From contig CM120643.1 in NCBI GenBank assembly GCA_051362555.1, forward strand, positions 186,001 to 250,000: a stretch of DNA of 64,000 nucleotides, given 5' to 3'. This stretch comes from Lingula anatina. Its lineage: Eukaryota > Animalia > Brachiopoda. Each line of letters begins with the position of its first letter. The stretch's first letter is position 1. Both the position numbers and the translations under genes were made by a program. Shown here piece after piece: positions 27,401 to 40,100 of the stretch. The notes below the pieces were generated by a model that made no database searches, had not been told where the DNA came from, and was given only the letters and a program-made list of their open reading frames with translations.

Positions 27401-30400
27401 CATTCTTACCCACACATCCAGTGACCGGTGTTTTATTAATCTCGTATGACCACTGCCAGTTGGTGGCCGGTCCACACACCTCAAAGGCATTGGTTCTTTC
27501 CACGTACTCGAACCCCTTGTTACATTTCACCTGACATCTGTCTGTGTTGGTCAAGAACTCGTGATGACACACAGACCCTCCGTTCTCTGGGATACCGAAT
27601 ACCGAACACTGCTTCTCCACTGGAAGTAGACAAATTCACCATTATTAAAATTAAATGGTTAGAATGTCTAATATGTTAAGACGATTCCAAACAACAACTG
27701 GATTGAAAATATGATGACGGTTTAGGTTCTTACCTTCACATAACGTTGAGTCAACTGGGTGAACTCTATAGCCAGGTATATAATAATTATTAAATGTACC
27801 TTCACATAACGTTGAGTCAACTGGGTGAACTCTATAACCAGGTATATAATAATTATTCAATGTACCTTCACATAACGTTGAGTCAACTGGGTGAACTCTA
27901 TAACCAGGTATATAATAATTATTCAATGTACCTTCACATAACGTTGAGTCAACTGGGTGAACTCTATAACCGGGTATAGTGCACAGACACCTGTAGCTTC
28001 CAGGAGTATTCTCACATGTTTGATTACAACCTGCACCATTCTCTTCTACACATTCGTCAATATCTAAAGAAAACAAAACAGATTTAGAATTAAGAATTCA
28101 CAACTGCACGTCTTTCACACCAAAATAAAAACCAGATACAATAGGGCATCGTTAATTTTCCATAAAATAATACAAATGATGTACAATGCAGTGTATCTTT
28201 ACATGTACTTCGATCAACAACAGACAGTAGCAGACATCAGTGCAAACTTTTCACCAAAATAGTCAGTAAATGTCCCCGTCCACCTACCATCACAAGGTCC
28301 ACCTCCAGGTCCCCTGTAGCCGCCATCACACACACAGCCGGATATTACATTACCCACAGTTCCATTGGTGTTCGTCAGTGCGGGACAGCTGTCACATGAT
28401 GTGGGGTCGGATTTGTACGTATTTACCGGACATTCTGAAATGCATATGTCACATGGATATACAAGCAAGCTTAAGGAATGGTCTTCGTCATTAAAACATT
28501 GTTACTATTTATGTAATTATGGGCTACCTGTACCGGTAAATGTGCCATTGACTGCCAATCATGAAATGGTAAATTGCAAGCCTGTGTTCGTCCTATATGA
28601 TATTTCAATATAAAGGATAGGCAGGGATTGTACACACACTCCTCATACTGGTAGCTGCCTTAACTCTATTATTGTCATTTACCAAGACACGTGACATTTC
28701 CACCCGTCCACGTGGCATCGATTTTGCAAACTTTGGTGGCACTTTCACTTTCTGTTCCAAAGATGTACCCTGGGTCACACTGGAAAGTACACGTGTCGTT
28801 GACTGCAGTTTGACACGCTGCAATACTGCCGTGGTCTGGGGGATTCAGGGCAGGGCAACGGATCTCTGGAGACAATAATATTGGCATTAGGTTATATAAA
28901 AACAAACCAATTGATTAAATCCAGGAAGAACATTTTTCAAAGTTGAGATTTTGGCACACAAACTTCCTGCAGGTTAAGATTTGGATTGCAGAGTACAAAA
29001 GAGATGACTTCTATTAAGATATAAACTACAGTACTACACTGCTACAGTACCTCACTTTAAAAAACCTTATTAAATAAATTGATTGATAACACAAAGACCA
29101 CACCCACCTGAACATGGACCCCCAGCTGGACCCTCGTAACCATAGTTACAAACACATTGAGTGACATCAGTACTGGCGCCATCTAGAGTGTGGGAGTTTT
29201 CAGGGCATGGCACACAGGATATTCTGCTGTTCACACCGGGTTTGTACTGGTTGAGCGGACAAGCTAGAAGTAGAAAAGACACATTAGCAACAATAACAGA
29301 GATGGACAATCATGATAACAGTACATGAACCTGTGCCGAATATAAATGAACAAAACATCTTATCAATTTTAATTGATTTAATTTAAATATTAAAATAATT
29401 ATTTTTCTCTTATGTTTTTTTCCCCATTTAATATATATAATCAATTTATATAATTTCTGAAACGTATGAAGAAATGGACATCAATCTACCTGAACAGTTA
29501 GGTAATTTTGCAGACCACTGCCCGGATGCTGTACACGTGATCTTATCGCTGCCTTGAAGGAAGTAGCCGGGCTGACACTGAAAGTTGACCTCGTTTCCAA
29601 AGGTGTATTCACTTCCGGTTTTGACGCCATTATGTGGAAGACCTGGGTCACCACAGTCCACAGCTGAAATGGTTTGTTGTATTGATACGCTATCAGAGTT
29701 TTTCATCATTGGGCACTATTTTGAGATTGATTATATAAAATTGTTATTTAAATTTATTATATGCATTCTATACAAATTGTCACTTCGATTTGGAAATGTT
29801 TTCCATGCCGGGATTTAGTTATTTTAATAAACATATTTTTGCTGATACAATTCAAGATTTTAAACGAGATAAATTAATTTTGCATAGCAACAGAGATAAA
29901 AAAAAGCGACTTACTTTTTCCTCTATACTTCAGATTTACAGATCAAACGACGCACTTACATTGGCACACATTCACTTCATATTACAAATCACATGCTGTA
30001 AACCAACATTCTTTGTGACGTAAACATAATCGATGACGTCATTGTCAACTTACGTGTGCACTGAGGTTTACTTCCTGACCACACCCCCTGTATACCCTGT
30101 GCCTCACATGTCCTCTCAGCGTCTCCCTGTAACATAAAGCCACTGTCACAAGTGTAGGTGACCTTTGACCCAAACCGGGTTCCTTGAGGAGTAGAGGCGG
30201 TTCCAAACTGTGGGTCTGTCACATCAGGGCAGACAATTGCTGTGATAGAAAATGAGTTCTTAAAGAGCCAATTCACTAATACAGATATGTACAGTATGTG
30301 GATAAATCTAAGTGGCAATGGAACTATATATATTATGGTTAGCAGGTTTGGTGATCCTTAAATTGTTCAAGCACTTACAAATAGCTTGTAAATAATAACT

Positions 30401-33400
30401 CCTAACTTATAAGGTAGTTTTATGTGAAGTTAATAACCTCTGACTGTGATTACTCCTCAAAATAACAATAAAAAGTTCTGAAATGCAAATAAAACTACCA
30501 CTGTGCTACCCGACATAACTCAGACCATTTATAGTTCAAAAAGCATCCAACCAAATCATTATTCAGTAAATAACCTTACGTTCACAAGTTGGCTGAGTTC
30601 CGTCCCACTGTCCTGATAGTTGACATTTTCTCTGTCTAGACCCCTGTAGGTAAAACCCACTGTTACAGCTGAATGTCATCTCTCCCCCGTACACATTCCC
30701 AGTGGGGCCACCGGAGTGACTCTGAACCCCGTTTTTTAACCCAGGGAGGGCGCCACATGAGATTACTAGTGGAATGAATACAAATACAGCTTTAACAAAC
30801 TTAAAGCTACAATATTCTAAAGTGTTTAACTCCTTAAATCATTATTTTTCTCTGTCATTTACAATTGCATACAGAAAGAAGAGAATAGACGTGTATATAT
30901 GCGACAAAGATAGAAGCGGGTATTATGACATTATAACGGAGATAGAGGTAACATTATAATAGCGGAGTGCGGTGCCATGTTGGACCTACCTGTACTCTGA
31001 CAGTGCGGTAAAAAAAGAAGAGAAAAGAAGTGTATATGTGTCAAAGATAACATAGTAGTGGTTATTATTACATTTAAGCCGGGGTAGAGGTAACATTATA
31101 AAGGCGGACTGCGGTGCCATGTTGGACCTACTCTGACACTGTGGCAGTTCTCCACTCCATGTACCGTCAGCCTGACATGTCCTGGTGGTGTCTCCCTGAA
31201 CTCTGTACCCTGTAGAACACGAGTAGGACACGGTGCCTTGGTACGTGGTGGCTGTCACACTGTGATTCCCCTGGGTGGGAGTACCCGGATCTCCACAGTC
31301 AACAACTAGAACCAGTTGGAAATATGTGATAATAACTCTCCCAAAGCTGCCTGTGTACCTGTACAATGCACTTTTAGAGAAAAGTGCGGTTTGTCTCTGA
31401 ACTGTTTTTTTTTTGTGCGAAGACAGATAAATCTAGATAGGTTTTAGACTGATGTTAGTGAGGTTCAACTTTGAAGAACAATTCTTCTGGTCGGTTACTT
31501 TAAAAAAAAGTTAAATGGGCCCAATATTTAGAATGAGTGTGAACAAATGTCAAATGCTTGAACCCTAGACATTTGAAATATAAGATGAAGATTTAATCCT
31601 AACTAGAGGATCAGAGAGGCGATACCGCCTCCGAATATTGTACCACCAGCTGGAGCAAGCGCATTCGTATAGACCCCCACATACACAAAATAAGGGACAC
31701 AGCCACCAGTTTTGTGCTTGACAAGCTGTAAAAATGCAATCAACAAGAATTTTTAAACTTTTGCAAAAAATATATATGGTACAATCAAATTTAAGTTCTT
31801 CGTAAGATAGGTCAAGGGTCAATTTCAAGGTCACAGTAAATTGCCAGTATATGACTTCCTATTCAAGTTCAAAAGTAACTATGGACCTATCTCTGCCAGT
31901 TTTGGAGACAAAAGGAAAGCAAAATTTGCAAAGTTCAGTTCATGGTGAAAAGTAGGTCAAAGGTCAATTTTAAGGTCACATTTAGATTGCCAGTATATGA
32001 CTTCCTATTCAAGTTCAATAGTAACTATGGACCTATCTCTGCCAGTTTTGGAGATAAAAGGGAAGCAAAATTTGCAAAGTTCAGTTTATGGTGAAAAGTA
32101 GGTCAAAGGTCAATTTTAAGGTCACATTTAGATTGCCAGTATATGACTTTCTATTCAAGTTCAATAGTAACTACGGACCTATCTCAGCCAGTTTTGGAGA
32201 TAAGAGAAAAGCAAAATTTGCAAAATTCAGTTCATGGTGTAAAGTAGGTCAAAGGTCAATTTTAAGGTCACATTTAGATTGCCAGTATATGACTTCCTAT
32301 TCAAGTTCAATAGTAACTATGGACCTATCTCTGCCAGTTTTGGAGATAAAAGGGAAGAAAAATTTGCAAAGTTCAGTTCATGGTGAAAAGTAGGTCAAAG
32401 GTCAATTTTAAGGTCACATTTAGATTGCCAGTATATGACTTCCTATTCAAGTTCAATAGTAACTATGGACCTATCTCTGCCAGTTTTGGAGATAAAAGGG
32501 AAGAAAAATTTGCAAAGTTCAGTTCATGGTGAAAAGTAGGTCAAAGGTCAATTTTAAGGTCACATTTAGATTGCCAGTATATGACTTCCTATTCAAGTTC
32601 AATAGTAACTATGGACCTATCTCTGCCAGTTTTGGAGATAAAAGGGAAGCAAAATTTGCAAAGTTCAGTTCATGGTGAAAAGTAGGTCAAAGGTCAATTT
32701 TAAGGTCACAGTAAATTGCCAGTATATGACTTTCTATTCAAGTTCAATAGTAACTACGGACCTATCTCAGCCAGTTTTGGAGATAAAAGGAAAGCAAAAA
32801 TTGCAAAGTTCAATTCATGGTGAAAAGTAGGTCAAAGGTCAATTTTATGGTCACATTTAGATTGCCAGTATATGACTTTCTATTCAACTTCAATACTAAC
32901 TAAGGACCTATCTCAGCCAGTTTTGGAGATAAAAAGGAAGCAAAATTTGCAAAGTTCAGTTCATGGTGAAAAGTAGGTCAAAGGTCAATTTTAAGATCAC
33001 ATTTAGATTGCCAGTATATGACTTCCTATTCAAGTTCAATAGTAACTATGGACCTATCTCTGCCAGTTTTGGAGATAAAAGGGAAGCAAAATTTGCAAAG
33101 TTCAGTTCATGGTGAAAAGTAGGTCAAAGGTCAATTTCAAGGTCACAGTAAGATAGCCAGTATATGACTTCCTATTCAACTTCAATAGTAACTATGGACC
33201 TATCTCTGCCAGTTTTGGGGATATAAGGGACTAAATGTTATAATTTTGGAGTTACCATAATGTGCCTTAAATTTCGTACAGAAAAAATTAATTAAAATAA
33301 AGAAAATGACATTTTGGTCAAAATTCTTGAAATAGGAGGTGCTCTGAAGTTTCAGAAGTTCAAATTTGATGAAATAATGTCATTTTTGAACACAAGTTGT

Positions 33401-35961
33401 CTGCTTTGCCAAGCCTTATGTTTTATTTTTCCAGAGTTCAAAATTTATTATCCATTACCGTACTACACATTTTGCTTTTACCACCAATATGTACTCATTG
33501 ATACAGCGTAACTCGAAAACCGTATGGAATACAAAAAAACCGAGACCACTTCCAGTGTTGGGCTTTACATGCTCTACATAATGCAAAAAAGAATGGGTCT
33601 CTAGCATTAACGGTTCCCGAATTAGAGACAGTTTTCAGTTTCGGTATCTTATGGCCGCTACTCCCGTGAAAATGCACCGATTGACCCCAAATTCATGGAG
33701 ATGAAAGATGACCTGAAGGGTAACACTTTCCAATAATATTATTGGTTAAGTCTGTGTAGTGTCTGAATAACAGGGCAAAAAAAATTTTTTTCATAAAAAA
33801 TTTCATTTTTTTGAAAATTTTGGCCCATTTGACCTTGAAGTAAAGGTCAAAGGTCAAATCCAAGGGTATATTTGAAATCTACACATATGACTTTTGGAAA
33901 GCCGTCTATAGAAATTTTTCCCATAACTCCTTCCGTAGGGTAGATAATTAGCATTTAATTTTGTCATTTTTAGACAAGGGTGCATTGTAATGAGTGCCAC
34001 ACCCAGACCCCAATACCGACAAAGCCCAAATTTTACGTGGAACGAGTTGAGATTATAGGTGACCTAAATCCATGAGATGGGTACGGGGGCCCTTACTGTC
34101 TAGGAGGAGAAGCGGTAACGGTAGCCGTCCGGCGGAGCCGGCGGAGCCGGCGGAACGATCCGGACGGGACCGAAACCATGTGTACCGCCAGCGCTAACGC
34201 TGGTGGTACAATAACTAAGATTAAAAAATATCATTTTACTTACGCTCACAAGTCGGCAATGATCCATCGAACTTGCCGTTAGTTTGGCAAGTTCGAGTGT
34301 TTGTTCCCTGCAGGCGGTAGCCGGTCTCACATCTATATGTAACCCTCGTGCCAACGTCATGCGGGGGAGAACTCGGTGTGACGTCACCATGAGCTGGTCT
34401 GCCCGGATGTTGACAGGTGACCTCTGTTTGACAATTATAAACATTATAACCGGTCTAATCTGAAGCATAGATTTTGCCAACAGTCATCTCATAACCTAAC
34501 ACAGTTAACATTTAACATCTTATAATTTTTTATGCAGCAGAGATTTATAAAGACAGAGATTGTCCTTAGATGTTTTACAAATTTAGAGGTAATCCTGCTT
34601 TCGGGTCTTTTTTTTTCGGGGGCGGAGGTAACGGTCTTTCCACATAGTACAGTGTTGAAAAAAATTATTCTCTTCTATCAACACCATACACAATATCTGT
34701 GCAATTAGCATGCACAACAAATAAAACAGACATAAAACGGACAATACTTCTACACAGTACTTACTGGTCTCACAGCATTTCCCAATAAACCCGGGTGAAC
34801 AGGAGCACATCGCATTCCCAGGGGTGCCACCGTTACTACAGGGTACAGAACACCCCGGGCGTTCCAGGGAGGGTCCGTTACAGTTGTGTCCGGCGGCCCA
34901 GCCTGAACACCTCGCTGGAGGAGCTTTAGATCGCGTGCGTGTTCTGGTGCCTACATGTCACAATACAATACTTTGAATTTACCAATACAGAGTATTTCAC
35001 CCATTCTTTTTTCAGTTTGTACCTTGTGATATTTTGCTGTCCCTTTATTTCTTTTGCTCTACTTGTTATATTATGCTTATTAATTTGTTTATGTAGTCAT
35101 CATTTTGCCAATACATACACGGTACAACGATCAATGTATAAACTCTTTTATTTATTTATTTATTCATTTATTTATTTATTTATTTATTTTAGCTATTTGT
35201 AATACATTTACAAATGCAAATCATCAATGGAGTTTTGCCCATGCATATGGTCATCCATTTAGTTAAAGTGCTCACCTCCATGTCCACACTGGACAGTGCA
35301 CGGGGAATATGGCGTCCATTGAGACCAACAGTTGGTGGCACAAAATCTGTTCAGCTCATTTCGTCTGGCCGTCTCCTTCCGGCTTTCTTTCTCTTCACTC
35401 CGTTCTTCTCCAGTTATTTTCTTAATGATACCACCCAGCCAGCTCCTCTTAACCCGCCGTGGGCCGAACGCCTTGGCTGCTGCCTCGTCCATGAAGATGC
35501 CATCATTTTTGACGTCACTAAGACAATGCAATGACCAATGAGTTAGATATTATAACGGCAAGATAAGATGCAGCTTCAGAACGTTAAAGGTGTTTTTAAT
35601 ATTAAAAAAAAACAGTAATCATGGGCGTGATATTTGAACAAAAGCCTGCAAAAATTGAAAAATATGCAATTACATCGAGAAGTACCGAATTCGGCACATT
35701 TGTACACGGCGGTCTTCACGTCAACTGCCCCCCCCCCCCCATACCATACCATGCCAAGATGCTACCTAAAATAATCCCATTGCAATTGTTGACATACGTT
35801 TTTCTCTTTCTTCATTTTGCTTTATCTTAGTGTGCAATACCATCTACAGTGACTTAAATTATGGAGGTCAACAATAGCAATATGGAGGTCAACACTTACC
35901 TCTGGTCAGCAGCTTCAATCAAAGCAAAAGCTACTAAAACTGCCCCTAAAATCCACCGCAT
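24484..35961 (-). CDS. G3: secreted SVEP1-like mosaic proprotein (SP, pro, RVKR, SWLGGIIKK peptide, TSP1, EGF, 5 CCP, GCC, CCP, GCC, cbEGF, sushi-like, SEA-like with VRKR, GCC, amphipathic tail)
   Basis: Exons: 35900-35961 (MRWILGAVLVAFALIEAADQ), 35276-35517, 34765-34950, 34244-34423, 31132-31305, 30580-30765, 30054-30239, 29490-29663, 29108-29263, 28683-28865, 28288-28434, 27734(or 27932)-28063, 27410-27619, 26493-27074, 24484-24737. Confidence 0.87.
25359..25694. mobile_element. Kolobok-like MITE, copy 1
   Basis: TIR AGGGATAATAACTCTTC / GAAGAGTTATTATCCCT, TTAA on both flanks; homologous copy in opposite orientation at 60048-60384. Confidence 0.85.
27731..27978. repeat. 66-bp tandem repeat (4 units) at the 3' end of the G3 cbEGF exon
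   Basis: IPGYRVHPVDSTLCEG(TLNNYY) repeated in frame. Confidence 0.95.
31601..34213 (-). mobile_element. Non-autonomous Helentron/HINE-like element with an internal satellite, in G3 intron 4
   Basis: Absent from the equivalent G4 intron (~43260-43280). 15-bp inverted repeats TATTGTACCACCAGC (~31636) / GCTGGTGGTACAATA (~34199). Hairpin GAGGCG-atac-CGCCTC next to the CTAGTT end. Stem-loop gtaccgccagcg-ctaa-cgctggtggtac and GGCGGAGCC micro-repeat at the other end. Confidence 0.8.
31805..33228. repeat. 146-bp tandem satellite array, about 10 units
   Basis: agtaggtcaaaggtcaa recurs at 31951, 32097, 32243, 32389, 32535, 32681, 32827 and onward. Confidence 0.95.
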
Positions 35962-36441
35962 GGTGCTTGGGTTGAAAGTGAACTTGTTGAAGATGCAGGA
36001 CCCCCATGCAAATCCTCTTACAACAAAAATATGTAGATTATTTGATAAGTAATTAGCTGATAATGTCACTGCGGTATTTTCTTCGGGGAAGGACGGCTTT
36101 TACGAGCCAAAATTTGAGAGAAATGATTTCAAGTAAATGAGGACCCAAATAGCTCGGTGTGTGTGTTACTCAGTTCTATTTCCTTATTACTGTGACAAAC
36201 AGTCACATAAATCACCCAGGGCGCTATAAATGTATTTAGACATGCAAGTCATTGTCAAAACGTCGTTTAAAGTAAAGATAAGTGAAAGTTTTATCTCGGT
36301 AGAAGAATAGTCTTCTTTGGAAATAGATTTTCGTAGAATTGCACTTAAGGAGAAGTGTATTTAAAGATTTTGATGGCTTGGATAAAAGGGCGTGAATCCG
36401 GTGAATTCGTTTGTATATCGCAAAAGAAATGACAAATTAAT

Positions 36442-36467
36442 GAAAACTGAAACATTTGAAAGTTCCC
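36442..36467. promoter_or_regulatory. Adjacent IRF-E-like (AACTGAAA) and kB-like (GGGAACTTTC, minus strand) motifs upstream of G3; the G4 copy at ~45474-45499 reads GGGAACTTCC
   Basis: Motif matches about 480-500 bp upstream of the ATG; also AAGTGAAAGT at ~36280. Confidence 0.3.
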
Positions 36468-37159
36468 GCTAATTATGGTGTATTTTCTTTCCGTCATGCC
36501 ACGTAAGGGTACAGTAATCAAACACATAAACTGCAGATATAAATATCATTACTTTATTTATCTGCTTTGAAATTACCAGACATTCTTAGCATAGACTAAA
36601 GTCTATCTTAAAATATTAGAAAATGAAATAACAAAAATAATCAAACAATGCTGTTATTTACCAGTACGTCATTTCTAGTATCATTTATGTACAGATACTT
36701 AACGATGTAATCATGATTGCCAAAAATCACCAACAACAAAAGAAGGAAATCAGCACTTAAACATCAAACACAAAGTCATCCTATTGTAATGAGAGTAACA
36801 GTTTTATAACGCATTATAAGCCAGGGTGTCTTCTTTAAGACATGTTTATGTAAGGCAGCATAGACGTTCAGACGAGCCTTATAAAGAATCACGTACTTTT
36901 CACGATATAAGACAATAAAAGAATGCATTTATCTGTAGCTTGAGCTTAAGCCTTTAACAGTTTCAGCGAGGGTTCAATTGAATACGCGTTCTAGTTTGAG
37001 GAGCTTACACCATAAGCAAAGAGGACAAATCGTGCGACCTTCACAACGTGTTGACACCTGCTAAACTTGAGCAATTAAAGTACTACACATATATAACCAG
37101 CCCCATTGCGACATTTACATCTAAAATAGATCTTATTACAGCTGCAGTATTTCACACGT

Positions 37160-40100
37160 TCACTTGGATGTAAAAATGGCCGAAATGTTGCCCTGGTTTT
37201 CACTTATAGTCTTCCCAAGTTCACGAAGCTGCTTGATAAATTCAACGAAGATTTTGAATATGGGACTGCAGTCTGGAGATCCAGTAAGGGAGGCAAACCC
37301 ACGCGGACATGGCAGGCAGTACGTGCGCTTGGCTTCAGTTTGGAACGTCCCTGGTGGACACTTCTGGCAGCTGGTGCCCCCTATCGGCAAATATCGACCA
37401 GCAGGACAGGGAACTGAAAGAACAATAAAACGCATTAAGATGCATGCTATATCAAGAATACAAAGAATTGCACATGACCTTTATGTCCCAAATGAACGCC
37501 AGACTGTGCATTGTTTAGACCCATGGGTCTGGTTTTACAGTTACTGGGAGATAAACACGGCGTTCAGATAGTTCCTTTACACTAACTACATGATTTGCCA
37601 GAAAAATTGAAAAACGGGTTTTTTGATTAACATATATCTAGGCTTACATCACGGGCGTGTTCCTTTTCAGTTGAATTACAGCTTTGACTCACTCTCGATT
37701 ATAAATAAATCAACAGTATTCTGACTAATACTTTCACACATTTTCAAGCACCCGGACATAAGTATTTACCATCTAATTTCCGATAATGTCTAAAACCCAG
37801 ACCTGATTCGATGAAATGACTATATATCTATCATTATGTTTATTTGCAATTATAATCTATTAGCATTAAAATCACCAACTTGCTGAAGAGTGGAAAACAT
37901 TTTTTTTTCAAACGCTTTCAGAACCCGGACCTTTGTGGTCAACCTCAAACTGTTTGAATGCCAGTCAATATGAAACATTCCCTGTGAAGCAGTAAAGGTC
38001 CGGGTATAAACTTGTGAAAATATTTGACATTTTAGACCACAAACCAAATAAGAAGCCCAAAGATAAAAAAAGGGCATGACCTGCAATTACATACGAAGTA
38101 AACAATGTGCACTAGACAATTGATCTTCATATCTTATTTATTTGACGTTAAACCATAGAAAAATTATTCATATAGGTAAACAATTAAAACGTAGGGTTCA
38201 GTATATGTATAAATGAGGCTGTCATATAGTTGCATAGAGTTCAATGATTATAGTTCACACAGATCATGTAAAAGACGGTGGATATACTCACCACAGGTTG
38301 TCCCGCGAACTTCCATACCATCTTCACAAGACACCGACATATTCTTGTCCATCTTGAAGCTGTTTGGCACCGGATTCAGCACCAAAGTTCCAATCTTCAG
38401 CACTGGTGGTGGAATAGGCGCTTCTGTGACATTTGGCGCTGTTTCATTAATTTGAGAACCAACTGGGCTGAATATCTCCTGAACTTCTTTCTGCTGGCTG
38501 TTCATCATATTCTCCGTCTCTGACATGTATCCTTGGGCGCATTCGTCACAGTTTTCAGAGCCATTACAATACTTGGTACAGTCTAAATCAATTGAAGGCT
38601 TCTGTTGTGTTTTGATCTTAAATATTAACTTCAGAATATTGCCAGACGTGTCACGTTTACGAACACCACCAAAGGAATACTGAGGACCGCATTCAATTTG
38701 GACGTCCGAGATATTACAAACAGAGACGCCATTTTGTTTGCAGACACCCCTTTGTTCTAAAATGTCAACCAAAGCTTGCTTTGCTTCTCTACGCTGAGTA
38801 AAAGTAAGAGACACACAGTCGTCAACAAAGTACGCTATTTCTGCCTCTAGTTCCACTCCAGGAAAGAATTGCTCTGCAATTAAATAATCGTCACAATTAT
38901 GAAAGTATTGAAGAACGAACAAAGTGAAATTAATTATTGTGGAAATATGAATTCTTTAATAAGAAAATAAGTGACAAAATAAGTTTTTTTTTTCTTAAAT
39001 AATATTGTCTTCATTATTTCATAATTGTATACAAAAGCAGTGCAAATAAATAAGTTGTGAGCTAACGGGAACCACAAGAAGTTGATTTTAACTAATCTTT
39101 CTTTTCGAATGTAAGTTTTTGACCAAAGGACTCAAGGCTATATCCGCACTGTAATTGCCTTAAAGCATATTTCTTGTCTAATCACCAAAGTCACCAAAGC
39201 TCCATTCTTACCCACACATCCAGTGACCGGTGTTTTATTAATCTCGTATGACCACTGCCAGTTGGTGCCCGGTCCACACACCTCAAAGGCATTGGTTCTT
39301 TCCACGTACTCGAACCCCTTGTTACATTTCACCTGACATCTGTCTGTGTTGGTCAAGAACTCGTGATGACACACAGACCCTCCGTTCTCTGGGATACCGA
39401 ATACCGAACACTGCTTCTCCACTGGAAGTAGACAAATTCACCATTATTATAATTAAATGGTTAGAATGTCTAATATGTTAAGACGATTCCAAACAACAAC
39501 TGGATTGAAAATATGATGACGGTTTAGGTTCTTACCTTCACATAAGGTTGAGTCAACCGGGTGAACTCTATAACCAGGTATAGTACACAGACACCTGTAG
39601 CTTCCAGGAGTATTCTCACATGTTTGATTACAACCTGCACCATTCTCTTCTACACATTCGTCAATATCTAAAGAAAACAAAACAGATTTAGAATTAAGAA
39701 TTCACAACTGCACGTCTTTCACACCAAAATAAATACCAGATACAATAGGGCATCGTTAATTTTCCATAAAATAATACAAATGATGTACAATGCAGTGTAT
39801 CTTTACATGTACTTCAACAACAGACAGTAGCAGACTTCAGTGCAATTTTTTCACCAAAATAGTAAATGTCCCCGTCCACCTACCATCACAAGGTCCACCT
39901 CCAGGTCCCCTGTAGCCGCCATCACACACACAGCCGGATATTACATTACCCACAGTTCCATTGGTGTTCGTCAGTGCGGGACAGCTGTCACATGATGTGG
40001 GGTCGGATTTGTACGTATTTACCGGACATTCTGAAATGTATATGTCACATGGATATACAAGCAGTCTTAAAGAATGGTCTTTGTTATTTAAACATTGTTA

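Noticed and set aside
31805-33228. CRISPR-like periodicity and ORF 32088-32393
   Set aside because: Head-to-tail near-identical units with no unique spacers, eukaryotic context; the ORF is a satellite by-product
37164-37571. Antisense ORFs overlapping exons (also 46194-46601, 20623-21102 and others)
   Set aside because: Shadow frames of GC-richer coding exons; recurrence is explained by the duplication
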